From the NCBI GenBank assembly GCA_963640475.1, contig CAVHYW010000007.1, positions 561 to 64,560 on the forward strand: 64,000 nucleotides of DNA. The letters run 5' to 3'. A program made the position numbers and the translations under genes. This document shows positions 18,891-28,753 of this stretch, piece by piece; position 1 is the stretch's first letter, and each line of letters begins with the position of its first letter. Below the pieces are notes generated by a model. The model searched no databases and was not told where the DNA came from. It saw only the letters and a list, made by a program, of their open reading frames with translations. This DNA is from a bacterium (lineage in GTDB: Bacteria; Bacillota; Clostridia; Oscillospirales; Oscillospiraceae).

Positions 18891-19481
18891 TCAGTGCTTC
18901 TCCAAATATTCTTTCAATTCCGCGGCGAAAACGCGCAGCGCGTTGCCCCGGTGGGATATCTCGTTTTTCTCCTCCGCCGTCAGCTGGGCGAAGGTGCGGC
19001 GCTTTTCCGGCACGAAGAACACCGGATCATAGCCGAAGCCCCGCTCCCCCATGGGAGCAAAGGCGATGGTGCCGTAGCAGTCCCCGTCCGCCGTCAGCAC
19101 GTCGCCGTTGGGGAACGCGCAGCAGATGGACGTATGGAAATGGGCGGCGCGGTTGGTGGCGCCCCGCATGTTCTGCAGCAGTAGGGCGCAGCGGGCCGGA
19201 TCGCTGTCCAGATCACCGTACCGGGCGGAGTAGATGCCCGGCGCACCCTGCAGCCAGCCCACACACAGGCCGGAGTCGTCACCGATGGCGGGCAGGCCGC
19301 TGGCTTCCATGACGGCCTTCGCCTTCAGCGCGGCGTTCTCGGCAAAGGTCGTGCCGGTCTCCTCCACATCCAGCGACAGCCCTAAATCGGATTCCAACAC
19401 CACCTCCACGCCCAGCTGGGACAAAATTTCCTGCATCTCCTTCAATTTCCCACGGTTGTGGGAGGCTAATACAAATTTCAT
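18891..19481 (-). CDS. rdgB: Non-canonical purine NTP pyrophosphatase (HAM1/RdgB)
   Basis: ASHNRGKLKE, ENAALKA, DDSGL, GFGYDP, ISHRG. Confidence 0.94.
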   Translation of the reverse strand: MKFVLASHNRGKLKEMQEILSQLGVEVVLESDLGLSLDVEETGTTFAENAALKAKAVMEASGLPAIGDDSGLCVGWLQGAPGIYSARYGDLDSDPARCALLLQNMRGATNRAAHFHTSICCAFPNGDVLTADGDCYGTIAFAPMGERGFGYDPVFFVPEKRRTFAQLTAEEKNEISHRGNALRVFAAELKEYLEKH

Positions 19482-20212
19482 CGCAGAATATCCCCCACTA
19501 TCTCTTTCTGTTTGGCGATCAGCTCTCGGTTGCCCTTGGCGCACAGCGTCACCAGCTCCTGCTGCTCCGCCACGGTGAAGGCCCGGCCCTCGCCGGTGCC
19601 CTGAATTTCGATGATCTCGCCCCGCTCGTTCATGATGCAGTTCAGGTCCACCTGCGCCCGGCTGTCCTCGGCATAGGGCAGATCCAGCACCGCCGTATCG
19701 TCCACGATGCCGGCGCTGACGCCCGCCACATAATGCTTGATGGGCATGCGGCCGATGTAGCCCTCCTTCACCAACCAGCGGCAGGCCAGCGCCAGCGCCA
19801 CAAAGCCGCCGGTCACGCTGGCGGTACGGGTACCGCCGTCGCCCTGCAAAACGTCGCAGTCGATGGTGATGGTGCGCTCACCCAACAGCTTCATGTCCAC
19901 CGCCGCCCGCAGGCTGCGGCCGATGAGCCGCTGAATTTCCGCGCTGCGTCCGGCCAGCTTCAGCTTGTCCACATCACGGAGGCTGCGCTGGCGGTTGGCA
20001 CGGGGCAGCATGGAATACTCCGCCGTGACCCAGCCGCAGCCGGGCTTCACATGGGGCGGCACCTTCTCCTCCACCGACGCGGTGCACAGCACCACCGTGT
20101 CGCCGCAGCGAATGAGGACGCTGCCCTCGGCAAATTTATTGAAATCCGGCGTGATGGTCACATCACGCAATTCATTGAACTTTCTTCCGTCGGCTCTGGT
20201 CACGGATATCAC
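19478..20212 (-). CDS. rph: Ribonuclease PH
   Basis: AEGSV, WVTAEYSMLP, EIQRLIGRSLR, DGGTRTAS, EIQGTGE. Confidence 0.95.
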   Translation of the reverse strand: MISVTRADGRKFNELRDVTITPDFNKFAEGSVLIRCGDTVVLCTASVEEKVPPHVKPGCGWVTAEYSMLPRANRQRSLRDVDKLKLAGRSAEIQRLIGRSLRAAVDMKLLGERTITIDCDVLQGDGGTRTASVTGGFVALALACRWLVKEGYIGRMPIKHYVAGVSAGIVDDTAVLDLPYAEDSRAQVDLNCIMNERGEIIEIQGTGEGRAFTVAEQQELVTLCAKGNRELIAKQKEIVGDILR

Positions 20213-20235
20213 TTCCCTTTCGGTGTTTTTTCGGC

Positions 20236-21105
20236 TCAGAACAGGTCTGCGGTAAACTCTCTTGCGTCGAAGGGCTTCAGATCGTCAATGCCCTCGCCCA
20301 CACCTACGAACTTCACCGGCACCTGCAGCTCCTGGGCGATGGCGATGACGATGCCGCCCTTGGCGGTGCCGTCCAGCTTGGTCAGGACGATACCGGTCAG
20401 GCCCGCCGTCTCCTTGAAGGTGCGGGCCTGGATCAGGCCGTTCTGTCCGGTGGTGGCATCCAGCACCAGCAGCGTCTCGCATACGGAGTCCGGGCACTCC
20501 CGGTCGATGATCTTCCGCAGCTTGGCCAGCTCGTTCATCAGGTTCTGCTTGTTGTGCAGGCGACCTGCCGTGTCGCACAGCACCACGTCCACATGGCGGG
20601 CCTTGGCGGCCTGCAAGGCGTCGAACAGCACGGAGCCGGGGTCAGCGCCCTCATGCTGGCGGATGATATCCACACCGGCGCGGTCAGCCCAGATCTCCAG
20701 CTGGTCGGCAGCAGCGGCGCGGAAGGTATCTCCGGCGCACAGCATCACCCTTTTGCCCTCCGCCTTCAGCTGGGCGGCCAGCTTGCCGATGGACGTGGTC
20801 TTGCCCACGCCGTTGACGCCGATGAACAGCACGATACTGGGCGTGGTGGACAAGTTCAGTGATGCGTCGCCCACCTCCAGCTTTTCCGCCAGAATGGCCC
20901 GCAGCGCGTCCTTCACCTCGTCGGCACGGGTCAGCAGACGCTCCTTCACCCGCTTGCGCAGCTTGGCCACCGCGTCGGTAGCGGAGTCCACGCCCACATC
21001 CGCAAGGATCAGCGCCTCCTCCAGCTGGTCATAGAACTCGTCGTCCAGCTTATCAAATGTCACAGAGGCCAGCCATGCCTCCTTGAGCTGCTTGAAAAAT
21101 CCCAT
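20236..21105 (-). CDS. ftsY: SRP receptor FtsY
   Basis: [31 protein letters not shown]. Confidence 0.96.
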   Translation of the reverse strand: MGFFKQLKEAWLASVTFDKLDDEFYDQLEEALILADVGVDSATDAVAKLRKRVKERLLTRADEVKDALRAILAEKLEVGDASLNLSTTPSIVLFIGVNGVGKTTSIGKLAAQLKAEGKRVMLCAGDTFRAAAADQLEIWADRAGVDIIRQHEGADPGSVLFDALQAAKARHVDVVLCDTAGRLHNKQNLMNELAKLRKIIDRECPDSVCETLLVLDATTGQNGLIQARTFKETAGLTGIVLTKLDGTAKGGIVIAIAQELQVPVKFVGVGEGIDDLKPFDAREFTADLF

Positions 21106-21115
21106 AGTGTTCTCC

Positions 21116-24100
21116 TTATTTGATATTCAGCTCTTTTGCCATGTCGTTCATGTTGATGGTCAGGATGCGGCTGACGCCCCGCTCCTGCATGGTGACGCCG
21201 TACAGCACATCGGCCTCCTCCATGGTGCCCCGGCGGTGGGTAATGACGATGAACTGAGTCTTTCCGGCGATACGCCGCATATAGCGGGCATAGCGCACCA
21301 CGTTGGACTCGTCCAGCGCCGCCTCGATCTCGTCCATGACGCAGAACGGCGTGGGATGTACCTTCAGAATGGCGAAATACAGGGCGATGGCCACGAAGGC
21401 CTTTTCACCGCCGGACAGCAGCGTGATGGTTTTCAGCTGCTTTCCGGGAGGCTGCACGCGAATTTCGATGCCGCAGTTAAGGATATCCTTCTCGTCCTCC
21501 AGCTCCAGCTGGGCCTTGCCGCCGCCGAACAGCTCCAGAAACGTCTCTTGAAAGCTTTCGTTCAGCAGCTTGAACTGCTGGGCAAAGATGACCGTCATCT
21601 GCTTGGTCAGCTCCTCGATGACGCCCAGCAGCTCCTCGCGGGCCTTCTCCACGTCGGTGCGCTGCTCGGACAGGTAGGTGTAGCGGGTGTTGACCCGCTC
21701 GTACTCCTCGATAGCGCCGATATTGGGCGTGCCCAGCCCCTTGATCTCCCGTGTCAGCTCCGCGATGCGGCGGGTGGCCTTGGGGACGCTCTCCAGTTCG
21801 ATGCGCTGCTCCAGCGCGGCGCTGTGGCTCAGCTCATAGCGCTCCCACAGCTTATCCAGCAGGGCCTTTTCCTCCATGGCGTTGCCCTGCAGCTTCTGCT
21901 CCATGCGGGAAAGCTCCTGGGTGGTGGCAATGACCGCGTCGTTGCAGCTGCGGCTCTCCCGGTTCTTGGCGTCCCGCTGGCCCTCCAATTGCAGCTTCTG
22001 CTCCGACAGGGCGGTCAGCTGCGTCCGTAGGGCGTCACCCCGGGCATGCAACTCGTCCAGCTGCGATTGATGGGCGGCAATGTCGCCCTGCGCCTTTTCG
22101 TTGGCGGCGGCAAACTGATCCATCAGGGCCTGACGCTGCTCCCGGTCGGTGACCATATCCAGCCGCAGACGTTTCAGGTCGACAATACTGCGTTCACCCG
22201 CGCCGCGCTCGGCGGCCAGCGCCGCCTGAGCGGCTTTCTTCTCCGCGATCTGGTCCGACAGGGCGTTGGTCTTTTCCATCAGGTCGCTCTGGCCGGTCTG
22301 GCTCTCCTCCGCCTGACGGTGGAGGGCGGCAGCCTTTTCTTCCTTCTCCGCCATGTCCGCCTCCACGGCGGCGCAGCGCGCTTCATCGTCTCTGGTACGC
22401 TGGGCGAAGGTATTCAATTCGGCTTGCAAGTCCTCGCAGCTCTGCTCCAGCGTGGTCAGCAGGATATCGTAATGCTCCTGCTTGCCCTGATATTGCAGCA
22501 CCAGATCCTCGGCCTTGCGCTGCTGGGCGGAAGCCACCTCCAGCTCGTACTGGGCCTTTTGCAGCTCACGCTGGGTATCCTCGGCCTTCTGCTTGGCGGC
22601 GGACAGCTTATCCTGCATGCCGCCCAGCTTTCCGCTGAGCTTTTCCAGCTCGTTGGCACGGCTCAGCACACCGGCGCTGCGGCTGACGCTGCCGCCGGTC
22701 ATGGAGCCGCCACGGTTCATCACCTGTCCGTCCAGCGTGACGATGCGGAAGGCGCTGCGGAATTTGCGGGCCATGGCGATGCCGCAGTCCAGATCCTCCA
22801 CCACCACGGTGCGGCCCAGCAGGCTCCTGAAAATGCCGTCATACTGCTTATCATAGGAGATCAGGTCGGCGGCAATGCCCACAAAGCCGTATTCGCCGCT
22901 GACATTTTCCCGCAGGGTCTCGCCGCGAACGGCGGTCATGGGCAGGAACGTGGCACGGCCGCCGTCCCGCTGCTTCAGATAGCCGATGGCGGACTTGCCG
23001 TCCTCCTCCCGTTCTACCACGATGTTCTGCATACCGGTGCCCAGCGCCACCTCCAGCGCCACCGTGTACTGCTCCTCAGTCTTCATCAGGCTGGCCACCG
23101 GGCCGCGGATGCCCCGCAGGGTCTTCTTCTCCGCCGCCTGCATCACCAGCTTCACCGCCTTGGAGAAGCCCTCGTACTCCTTCTCCATCTCCGTCAGCAG
23201 ACGGATGCGGTTTTCCAGCGCCGCCACGTCCATGGTCAGCTGCAATTTCTCCGCTTCGGCATCGGCGGCACGCTTTTTGCGGCCCTCCATCTTCAGGCCG
23301 TGACCCTGAATGATGTTGCTGACGGCCTGCGCTTCCTCTTTGGCTTCGTTGAGGAACTTCCGGTTTTCCTTGGATTCCCGGCCGCTCTGCTCCAGCTTTT
23401 CCTGCGCGGCGGAAAGCTCCTGCTCCGTATGGGCCCGGCGCTCCGCGATCTGGCTCAGGCCGGATCGCAGGGCGGACAGCTCCGCCTTGCCGTCGGCGGC
23501 GGCGGACAGCAGCAGCGCTTCCTCCGCCCGCAGGGACTCCGCCGTGCGGGCCGCGCCAGCCGCGGTGTCAGTCAGCTCACGGGCCTGGGTCAGCAGGGCG
23601 TCCAGCTCCCGCTCCAGCGCGGCGCTCTCGGCGTCAATCTGATCGATGCGCTCCAGCTGGGCGTCCACCTGAGATTGCAGGCTGCCCGCCCGGTTCTCCG
23701 TATCCTCCATCTCCCGGCGGATACGGGCAATGCTTTCATTGTTGTGCTCCACGGAGGTGCGCAGCACGGCGATGGCGCTGTCATGCTCGCCGGAGGCGGC
23801 TTCCAGCTGGCTCACCTGTCCCCGCAGCGCTTCCGCCTGCAGATCGTTCTGCCGCACCTGCTCGCTCAGCTCCTCGGCAGCGGCATAGGCGGCTTCCAGC
23901 TCTGCCTCGGCCCGCTCCTTGTCGGCACGGGCGCTCTCCACATCGGTTTGCAGCTTGAACTTGGCGGTTTTCAGATTTTGCAGCTGCTCCAGCCACACGC
24001 TGATCTCCAGCACCCGCAGCTCGTCCCGCAGCACCAGATACTTCTTGGCCACCTCCGCCTGCTGGCGCAGCGGCTCCACCTGCAATTCCAGCTCCGCGAT

Positions 24101-24691
24101 CTTGTCGTTGATGCGCACCAGATTCTCCTGCGTGCGCTCCAGCTTCCGCTCGGCCTCCTCCTTGCGGTGGCGGTACTTGCTGATGCCCGCCGCTTCCTCG
24201 AACACCTCGCGGCGCTCGCCGGACTTGACGGACAATATCTCGTCGATCTTACCCTGCCCGATGATGGAATAGCCCTCGCGGCCCATGCCGGTGTCCATGA
24301 ACAGCTCGTTCACGTCCTTCAGGCGCACCGACTGCTTGTTGATGTAATATTCCGATTCACCGCTGCGGTAATAGCGGCGGGTAACGGCCACCTCCGCCTC
24401 GTCACGGGGAAAGATATGTTCCGTGTTGTCGATGACCAGCGTCACCTGCGCAAAGCCCATCTGGCTGCGCTTCTCCGTGCCGCCGAAGATCACGTCCTCC
24501 ATCTTCGCGCCCCGGAGCTGGCGGGAGTTCTGCTCGCCCATGACCCAGCGGATGGCGTCGGAGATATTGGACTTACCGGAGCCGTTGGGGCCCACGATGG
24601 CGGTGATATCCTCTCCGAAATTCAGGACCGTCTTATCGGGGAATGATTTGAAGCCCTGAATCTCAAGCGCTTTAAGATACAAATAGTCCAC
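21116..24691 (-). CDS. smc: Chromosome segregation protein SMC
   Basis: GFKSF, GPNGSGKSN, coiled coils, hinge GRATFLP/GGS, LSGGEK, DEIEAALD. Confidence 0.97.
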   Translation of the reverse strand: MDYLYLKALEIQGFKSFPDKTVLNFGEDITAIVGPNGSGKSNISDAIRWVMGEQNSRQLRGAKMEDVIFGGTEKRSQMGFAQVTLVIDNTEHIFPRDEAEVAVTRRYYRSGESEYYINKQSVRLKDVNELFMDTGMGREGYSIIGQGKIDEILSVKSGERREVFEEAAGISKYRHRKEEAERKLERTQENLVRINDKIAELELQVEPLRQQAEVAKKYLVLRDELRVLEISVWLEQLQNLKTAKFKLQTDVESARADKERAEAELEAAYAAAEELSEQVRQNDLQAEALRGQVSQLEAASGEHDSAIAVLRTSVEHNNESIARIRREMEDTENRAGSLQSQVDAQLERIDQIDAESAALERELDALLTQARELTDTAAGAARTAESLRAEEALLLSAAADGKAELSALRSGLSQIAERRAHTEQELSAAQEKLEQSGRESKENRKFLNEAKEEAQAVSNIIQGHGLKMEGRKKRAADAEAEKLQLTMDVAALENRIRLLTEMEKEYEGFSKAVKLVMQAAEKKTLRGIRGPVASLMKTEEQYTVALEVALGTGMQNIVVEREEDGKSAIGYLKQRDGGRATFLPMTAVRGETLRENVSGEYGFVGIAADLISYDKQYDGIFRSLLGRTVVVEDLDCGIAMARKFRSAFRIVTLDGQVMNRGGSMTGGSVSRSAGVLSRANELEKLSGKLGGMQDKLSAAKQKAEDTQRELQKAQYELEVASAQQRKAEDLVLQYQGKQEHYDILLTTLEQSCEDLQAELNTFAQRTRDDEARCAAVEADMAEKEEKAAALHRQAEESQTGQSDLMEKTNALSDQIAEKKAAQAALAAERGAGERSIVDLKRLRLDMVTDREQRQALMDQFAAANEKAQGDIAAHQSQLDELHARGDALRTQLTALSEQKLQLEGQRDAKNRESRSCNDAVIATTQELSRMEQKLQGNAMEEKALLDKLWERYELSHSAALEQRIELESVPKATRRIAELTREIKGLGTPNIGAIEEYERVNTRYTYLSEQRTDVEKAREELLGVIEELTKQMTVIFAQQFKLLNESFQETFLELFGGGKAQLELEDEKDILNCGIEIRVQPPGKQLKTITLLSGGEKAFVAIALYFAILKVHPTPFCVMDEIEAALDESNVVRYARYMRRIAGKTQFIVITHRRGTMEEADVLYGVTMQERGVSRILTINMNDMAKELNIK

Positions 24692-24800
24692 CTCATTTTA
24701 CAATGGCATACTTTAACTAGATTAGTGTATCAGAAAAGTGTGTATTTTTCAAGATAAAGTTGACGGGGTGACGTTTTGCTTCAAGGCAAATGATTTCTTT

Positions 24801-24937
24801 GCCTCCCTCTGACGAGGGAGGTGGCATGACCGAAGGTCATGACGGAGGGAGAGACAGTAAACGCAAGGTTCATTGCAATTCACTTATCTCTCCCCCAGTC
24901 TCGCATACGTTCGACAGCCCCCTCGTCAGAGGGGGCC
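24801..24937. repeat. Palindromic intergenic repeat element (about 137 bp)
   Basis: Ends gcctccctctgacgaggg ... ccctcgtcagagggggcc are inverted; internal hairpin catgacc-gaa-ggtcatg. Confidence 0.6.
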
Positions 24938-24977
24938 TTTAAGGCGCATTATCCCACTCCGTGCATCTCACAACTTT

Positions 24978-25682
24978 TCATCCCTCTCTCCCCTTTTCCA
25001 CCATCTTGTACAGTGCGTCCAGCGCGTCGCCCAGCGAGCCGATACGGTCAATGATGCCCAGCGCCACCGCCTCCTGCCCATAGATGACGCTGCCCACGTC
25101 ATTGGCCATATCGCCCACCGACAGCATCAGCTCCCGGAACTTCTCGGCGCTGATGCGGGAATTGCGAGCCACAAAGTCGATGATCCGCTCCTGAATACGC
25201 TCAAAGTACCGGTAGGTGGCCGGGGCGGCGATGACCTGCCCCGACATGCGGACGGGATGGATGGTCATGGAGGCGCTGGGCACGATGAAGGTGGCCTTGC
25301 CGCACACCGCCAGCGGCACGCCGATGGAGTGGCCGCCGCCCAGCACCAGCGTGGCGGTGGGCTTGGTCATGCCCGCCACCAGCTCCGCGATGCCAAGGCC
25401 CGCCTCGATATCGCCGCCCACCGTGTTCAGCAGCAGCAAGAGGCCGTCCACATCGTCCTTCTCCTCCACCGAGGTCAGCAGGGGCAGGACGTGCTCATAC
25501 TTGGTGGTCTTCACATTGGGCGGCAGGGTGGTGTGGCCCTCTACCTGCCCGATGATGGTCAGGCAATGGATGGTGCCCCGCTTGTTTTTCACCACCGTGG
25601 AGCCCATTTCGATGATCTGCTGCTGGGGCGTGTCCCGGTTTTCCGATTCGCTGCTCTGGCAGCTGTTGGCATAGTCGCTCAT
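24978..25682 (-). CDS. tepA: ClpP-like protein (TepA, translocation-enhancing protein)
   Basis: IIGQVEGH, TTKYEHVLP, LNTVGGDIEAG, GGGHSIGVPLAV, HPVR. Confidence 0.85.
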   Translation of the reverse strand: MSDYANSCQSSESENRDTPQQQIIEMGSTVVKNKRGTIHCLTIIGQVEGHTTLPPNVKTTKYEHVLPLLTSVEEKDDVDGLLLLLNTVGGDIEAGLGIAELVAGMTKPTATLVLGGGHSIGVPLAVCGKATFIVPSASMTIHPVRMSGQVIAAPATYRYFERIQERIIDFVARNSRISAEKFRELMLSVGDMANDVGSVIYGQEAVALGIIDRIGSLGDALDALYKMVEKGREG

Positions 25683-25767
25683 AGGTGCGCTCCCTCCTTT
25701 TTGCCCTAGTGTTTGCCGCAAAAAGGCAAACTATACCACCGGAAATGGCCGCCATTTCCGCCATGAC

Positions 25768-25796
25768 TTGACATTTGGCCGTGTTTTCTATACAAT
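25768..25796 (+). promoter_or_regulatory. Sigma-A-type promoter of the SBP gene
   Basis: TTGACA-N17-TACAAT. Confidence 0.7.
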
Positions 25797-25865
25797 ACAC
25801 AAGTCAATTTCAATGGATTTTGAACCGGAAACGGCGAAATCTCCTGAAAATAAGGAGGAAATCAA

Positions 25866-27209
25866 ATGAAAAAACTGCTGGCATTCCTGCTGGCCCTGAC
25901 GCTGGCGCTGTCTGTGACGGCCTGCGGTCAGGACACGGCAGCCAATGACGAGGAGCCAAGCGTCATCGAGCTGACGCTGTGGACATATCCCGTAGGCGAC
26001 TGGGGCGACAAGGCGGCGGTGGAAAACCTGCTGACCCAGTTCAACAGCGTGTACCCCGACATCCATGTGACGGTACAGTGTCTGGACGAGGCCACCGGCG
26101 ACGACAAGCTCAGTACCGCAGTGGATGGCGGCGTGGCCCCCGATATCCTGCTGGCCCAGCCGGACCGCCTGGTGAAGGGCTGGGGCGCGGAGGGCATGCT
26201 GGCCGACCTGTCCGAGCTGTGGGACGACGCCGACAAGCAGGAGGTCAACGCCGCCTGCCAGAGCGCCTGCTTCACCGCTGACGGCAAGTGCTACGCCTAT
26301 CCCTTCGCCATGAACGTCCAGTGCATGGCCATCAACTACGACGCTTTTGTGACGGCGGGCGCCGACCAGTACATTGATCTGGAGACCCGCACATGGACCA
26401 CCGAGCAGTTCACGCAGGCCGTCAAGGCGCTGTACAGCAAGTACGGCGAGACGGTGGCCGCCGTGTATTGCTCCGGCCAGAACGGCGACGAGGGCACCCG
26501 TGCACTGGTGACCAACCTGTACGGCGGCGCGTTTACCAACGACGCTCACACCGCCTATACCGTAAACGCCGAACCCATCCAGCAGGCGCTGACCCTGCTG
26601 CGGGACACCAAGGGCATCGAGTTTGACGACACCATCAACGGCGACGAGGAGGCCACGCTGTTCTATCACGAATCGCTGAAAATGTCCTTCTGCTGGAGCC
26701 TTGCCCGGCAGACCGCTGAGACCGTGGACGAGCCCACCGAAGAGGGCGCGGAGCCTGTGGTTCACGAGGCGGGCAAGACTGTCAACGGCCAGACCATCGA
26801 GTTCATGTCCTTCCCCTCCGAGACCGGCGAGAGTCGTCTGGAGGGCGACATCTGGTGCTTCGGCGCCTTCGATAACGGCGATCAGGAGAAGCTGGAGGCT
26901 GCCAAGCTGCTGATCCGCTACTTTGCCGACGGTCAGGGTACTTCCGCCGCCGTGAAGGCTGCCGGCTGCTTCCCCGTCCGCTCCACCGCCGACGGTGCGA
27001 GCCTGTCCGGCATCTGGAGCGGCAGCGACGTGATGCAGGAGTACGGCAAGCTGACGGAGCAGCTGGGCAACTACTACCAGCTGACACCCGGCTGGGCCAC
27101 CGCCCGCACCGAGTGGTGGAACCTGCTGCAGCGCATTGAAAACGGCGGCGACGTGGTGATCGAGACCGACACCTTCGTGGACAACGCCAATGCCGCGGCA
27201 AGAGAATAA
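25866..27209 (+). CDS. Extracellular solute-binding lipoprotein (carbohydrate/CUT1-type), orphan
   Basis: Lipobox VTAC, LTLWTYP, APDIL, DGKCYAYP, WTTEQF. Confidence 0.85.
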   Translation: MKKLLAFLLALTLALSVTACGQDTAANDEEPSVIELTLWTYPVGDWGDKAAVENLLTQFNSVYPDIHVTVQCLDEATGDDKLSTAVDGGVAPDILLAQPDRLVKGWGAEGMLADLSELWDDADKQEVNAACQSACFTADGKCYAYPFAMNVQCMAINYDAFVTAGADQYIDLETRTWTTEQFTQAVKALYSKYGETVAAVYCSGQNGDEGTRALVTNLYGGAFTNDAHTAYTVNAEPIQQALTLLRDTKGIEFDDTINGDEEATLFYHESLKMSFCWSLARQTAETVDEPTEEGAEPVVHEAGKTVNGQTIEFMSFPSETGESRLEGDIWCFGAFDNGDQEKLEAAKLLIRYFADGQGTSAAVKAAGCFPVRSTADGASLSGIWSGSDVMQEYGKLTEQLGNYYQLTPGWATARTEWWNLLQRIENGGDVVIETDTFVDNANAAARE

Positions 27210-27315
27210 TGAAATTCGGCGCTGCCGAATGAAATATGCCGCGCATATGAAATCCAGCCGCAGGCTGGATGAAATCACCCCTTTCGGGGTGGAAAATGTG
27301 TCCCTTCGGGACATT
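27209..27315 (+). repeat. Array of 4-5 short hairpins joined by GAA (ATGAAAT junctions)
   Basis: ATGAAAT at 27209, 27229, 27247 and 27269, each followed by a different palindrome. Confidence 0.7.
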
Positions 27316-27431
27316 CAAACGCTTTTGGCGTGCCGCAGCCTGCGCTGCGGCACGCCAGTTCTGTCGCTGTTCCCATTGCCTTGCGGTCATTTTTGTGATA
27401 TACTCCCATTACCATTGAAACGGAGGACGCT

Positions 27432-27992
27432 ATGGCAAACTTTACAAAGCAGGCGATCAAGGCCTCTTTTCTGAAGCTGCTGAACCAACAGCCCCTGAGC
27501 AAGATCAGTGTGCGGGACATTGTGGAGGACTGCGGCATCAACCGCAATTCCTTCTATTACCACTTTCACGACATTCCCTCTCTACTGGGCGAGATCGTCA
27601 CCGAGCAGACGGAGCAGCTGATTCAGGCTTACCCCTCCATCTCGTCGCTGGATGAGTGCTTCCACATGGCGTTTCAGTTCGCGCTGGAGAATAAGCGGGC
27701 GGTGATGCACATCTACCACTCGGTGAACCGGGACGTGTTCACCCAGAGCATGCTGCGGCTGTGCGACTACGCGGTGTCCACTTATGTCGCCACCGCTTTC
27801 CCCGACGATCCCATGAGCGAGAGCGACCGGCAGATCGTGATCCGCTTCATGAAGTGCCAGCTGTTCGGCATGTGCATCGACTGGATCGACCGGGGCATGA
27901 CCGACGCTGCCTATGACGACCTGCACCGGATGCTGGAGCTGAGCCGGGACGTGCCGGAGCTGATCATCTGCCGCAGCCGGGAGAACAAGTGA
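27432..27992 (+). CDS. TetR/AcrR-family regulator
   Basis: ISVRDIVEDCGINRNSFYYHFHD HTH. Confidence 0.92.
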   Translation: MANFTKQAIKASFLKLLNQQPLSKISVRDIVEDCGINRNSFYYHFHDIPSLLGEIVTEQTEQLIQAYPSISSLDECFHMAFQFALENKRAVMHIYHSVNRDVFTQSMLRLCDYAVSTYVATAFPDDPMSESDRQIVIRFMKCQLFGMCIDWIDRGMTDAAYDDLHRMLELSRDVPELIICRSRENK

Positions 27993-27995
27993 ATT

Positions 27996-28079
27996 TAGGC
28001 AAACCGCCCCTGTTTGCCCAAAAAGCAGGCAATACCGGCCCGCTGTCCAAGATTTGGACAGCGGGCCTTTTTCTGTCCA
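27996..28079. promoter_or_regulatory. Three spaced palindromic sites (candidate TetR operators) overlapping a terminator hairpin
   Basis: taggca-N13-tgccca, caggca-N12-tgtcca, tggaca-N13-tgtcca. Confidence 0.45.
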
Positions 28080-28148
28080 TTTCCCCTTTTCACGGGAAAT
28101 GCTATACTCCGCTATGCTGAAAAAACATCTGTGAAGGGGGTAAAGAAA

Positions 28149-28748
28149 ATGCGTTCTGTCACACCTATGAAAACGGCGAAGATCGGCTATATCGTCATGT
28201 CCTCGCTGTTCTGCCTGCTGGGTATCGTGCTGCTGTTCACACCGGACGCCTCGGCGCTGTGGATCGGACGGCTGATGGGTATCGGCATGATCGTGTTCGG
28301 CGCGGTGAAGCTGGTGGGCTATTTCTCCCGTGATCTGTTCCGGCTGGCCTTCCAGTACGATCTGGCCTTCGGCATACTGCTGATGGTGCTGGGCGTGGTG
28401 ACCCTCAGCCACCCCGGCGACGCCATGAGCTTCCTGTGCGTCATGTTCGGCATCCCGGTGCTGGCCGATGGCCTGTTTAAGATCCAGATCGCCGCGGATT
28501 CCCGCCGGTTCGGCATCCGCAACTGGTGGCTGGTGCTGATACTGGCGGCGCTGACCTGCGTCATCGGCGTGGTGCTGGTGTTCCGGCCCGACGCCGGCGT
28601 CCGGGCGCTGACGGCCCTGATGGGCCTGTCGCTTTTATGCGACGGCGTGCTGAATCTCAGCGTGGCGCTGTGTACCGTGAAGATCGTGGATCACCAGCGG
28701 CCCGACGTGATCGAGACCGACGACTATGAAATAGGAAAGGATGAATAA
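28149..28748 (+). CDS. DUF308/HdeD-family membrane protein
   Basis: About 6 TM segments with repeated GI/GV..L..P units; start at MRSVTP. Confidence 0.8.
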   Translation: MRSVTPMKTAKIGYIVMSSLFCLLGIVLLFTPDASALWIGRLMGIGMIVFGAVKLVGYFSRDLFRLAFQYDLAFGILLMVLGVVTLSHPGDAMSFLCVMFGIPVLADGLFKIQIAADSRRFGIRNWWLVLILAALTCVIGVVLVFRPDAGVRALTALMGLSLLCDGVLNLSVALCTVKIVDHQRPDVIETDDYEIGKDE

Positions 28749-28753
28749 GACCC

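Noticed and set aside
22046..24646. 866-aa plus-strand ORF (and similar long ORFs at 46552-49902, 49511-53122, 53645-55864, 58130-59791, 30541-32802)
   Set aside because: Antisense shadows of smc, addA, addB, htpG and other real genes; expected with high-GC codon bias; no recognisable motifs.
21116..24691. SMC/ScpAB as a Wadjet-type defence system
   Set aside because: Canonical housekeeping smc-ftsY and scpAB-rluB contexts; no JetD-like nuclease.
27209..27315. Possible mini-CRISPR array
   Set aside because: The constant part is only 7 bp, the units are 18-22 bp palindromes, and there are no cas genes; kept as a hairpin array instead.
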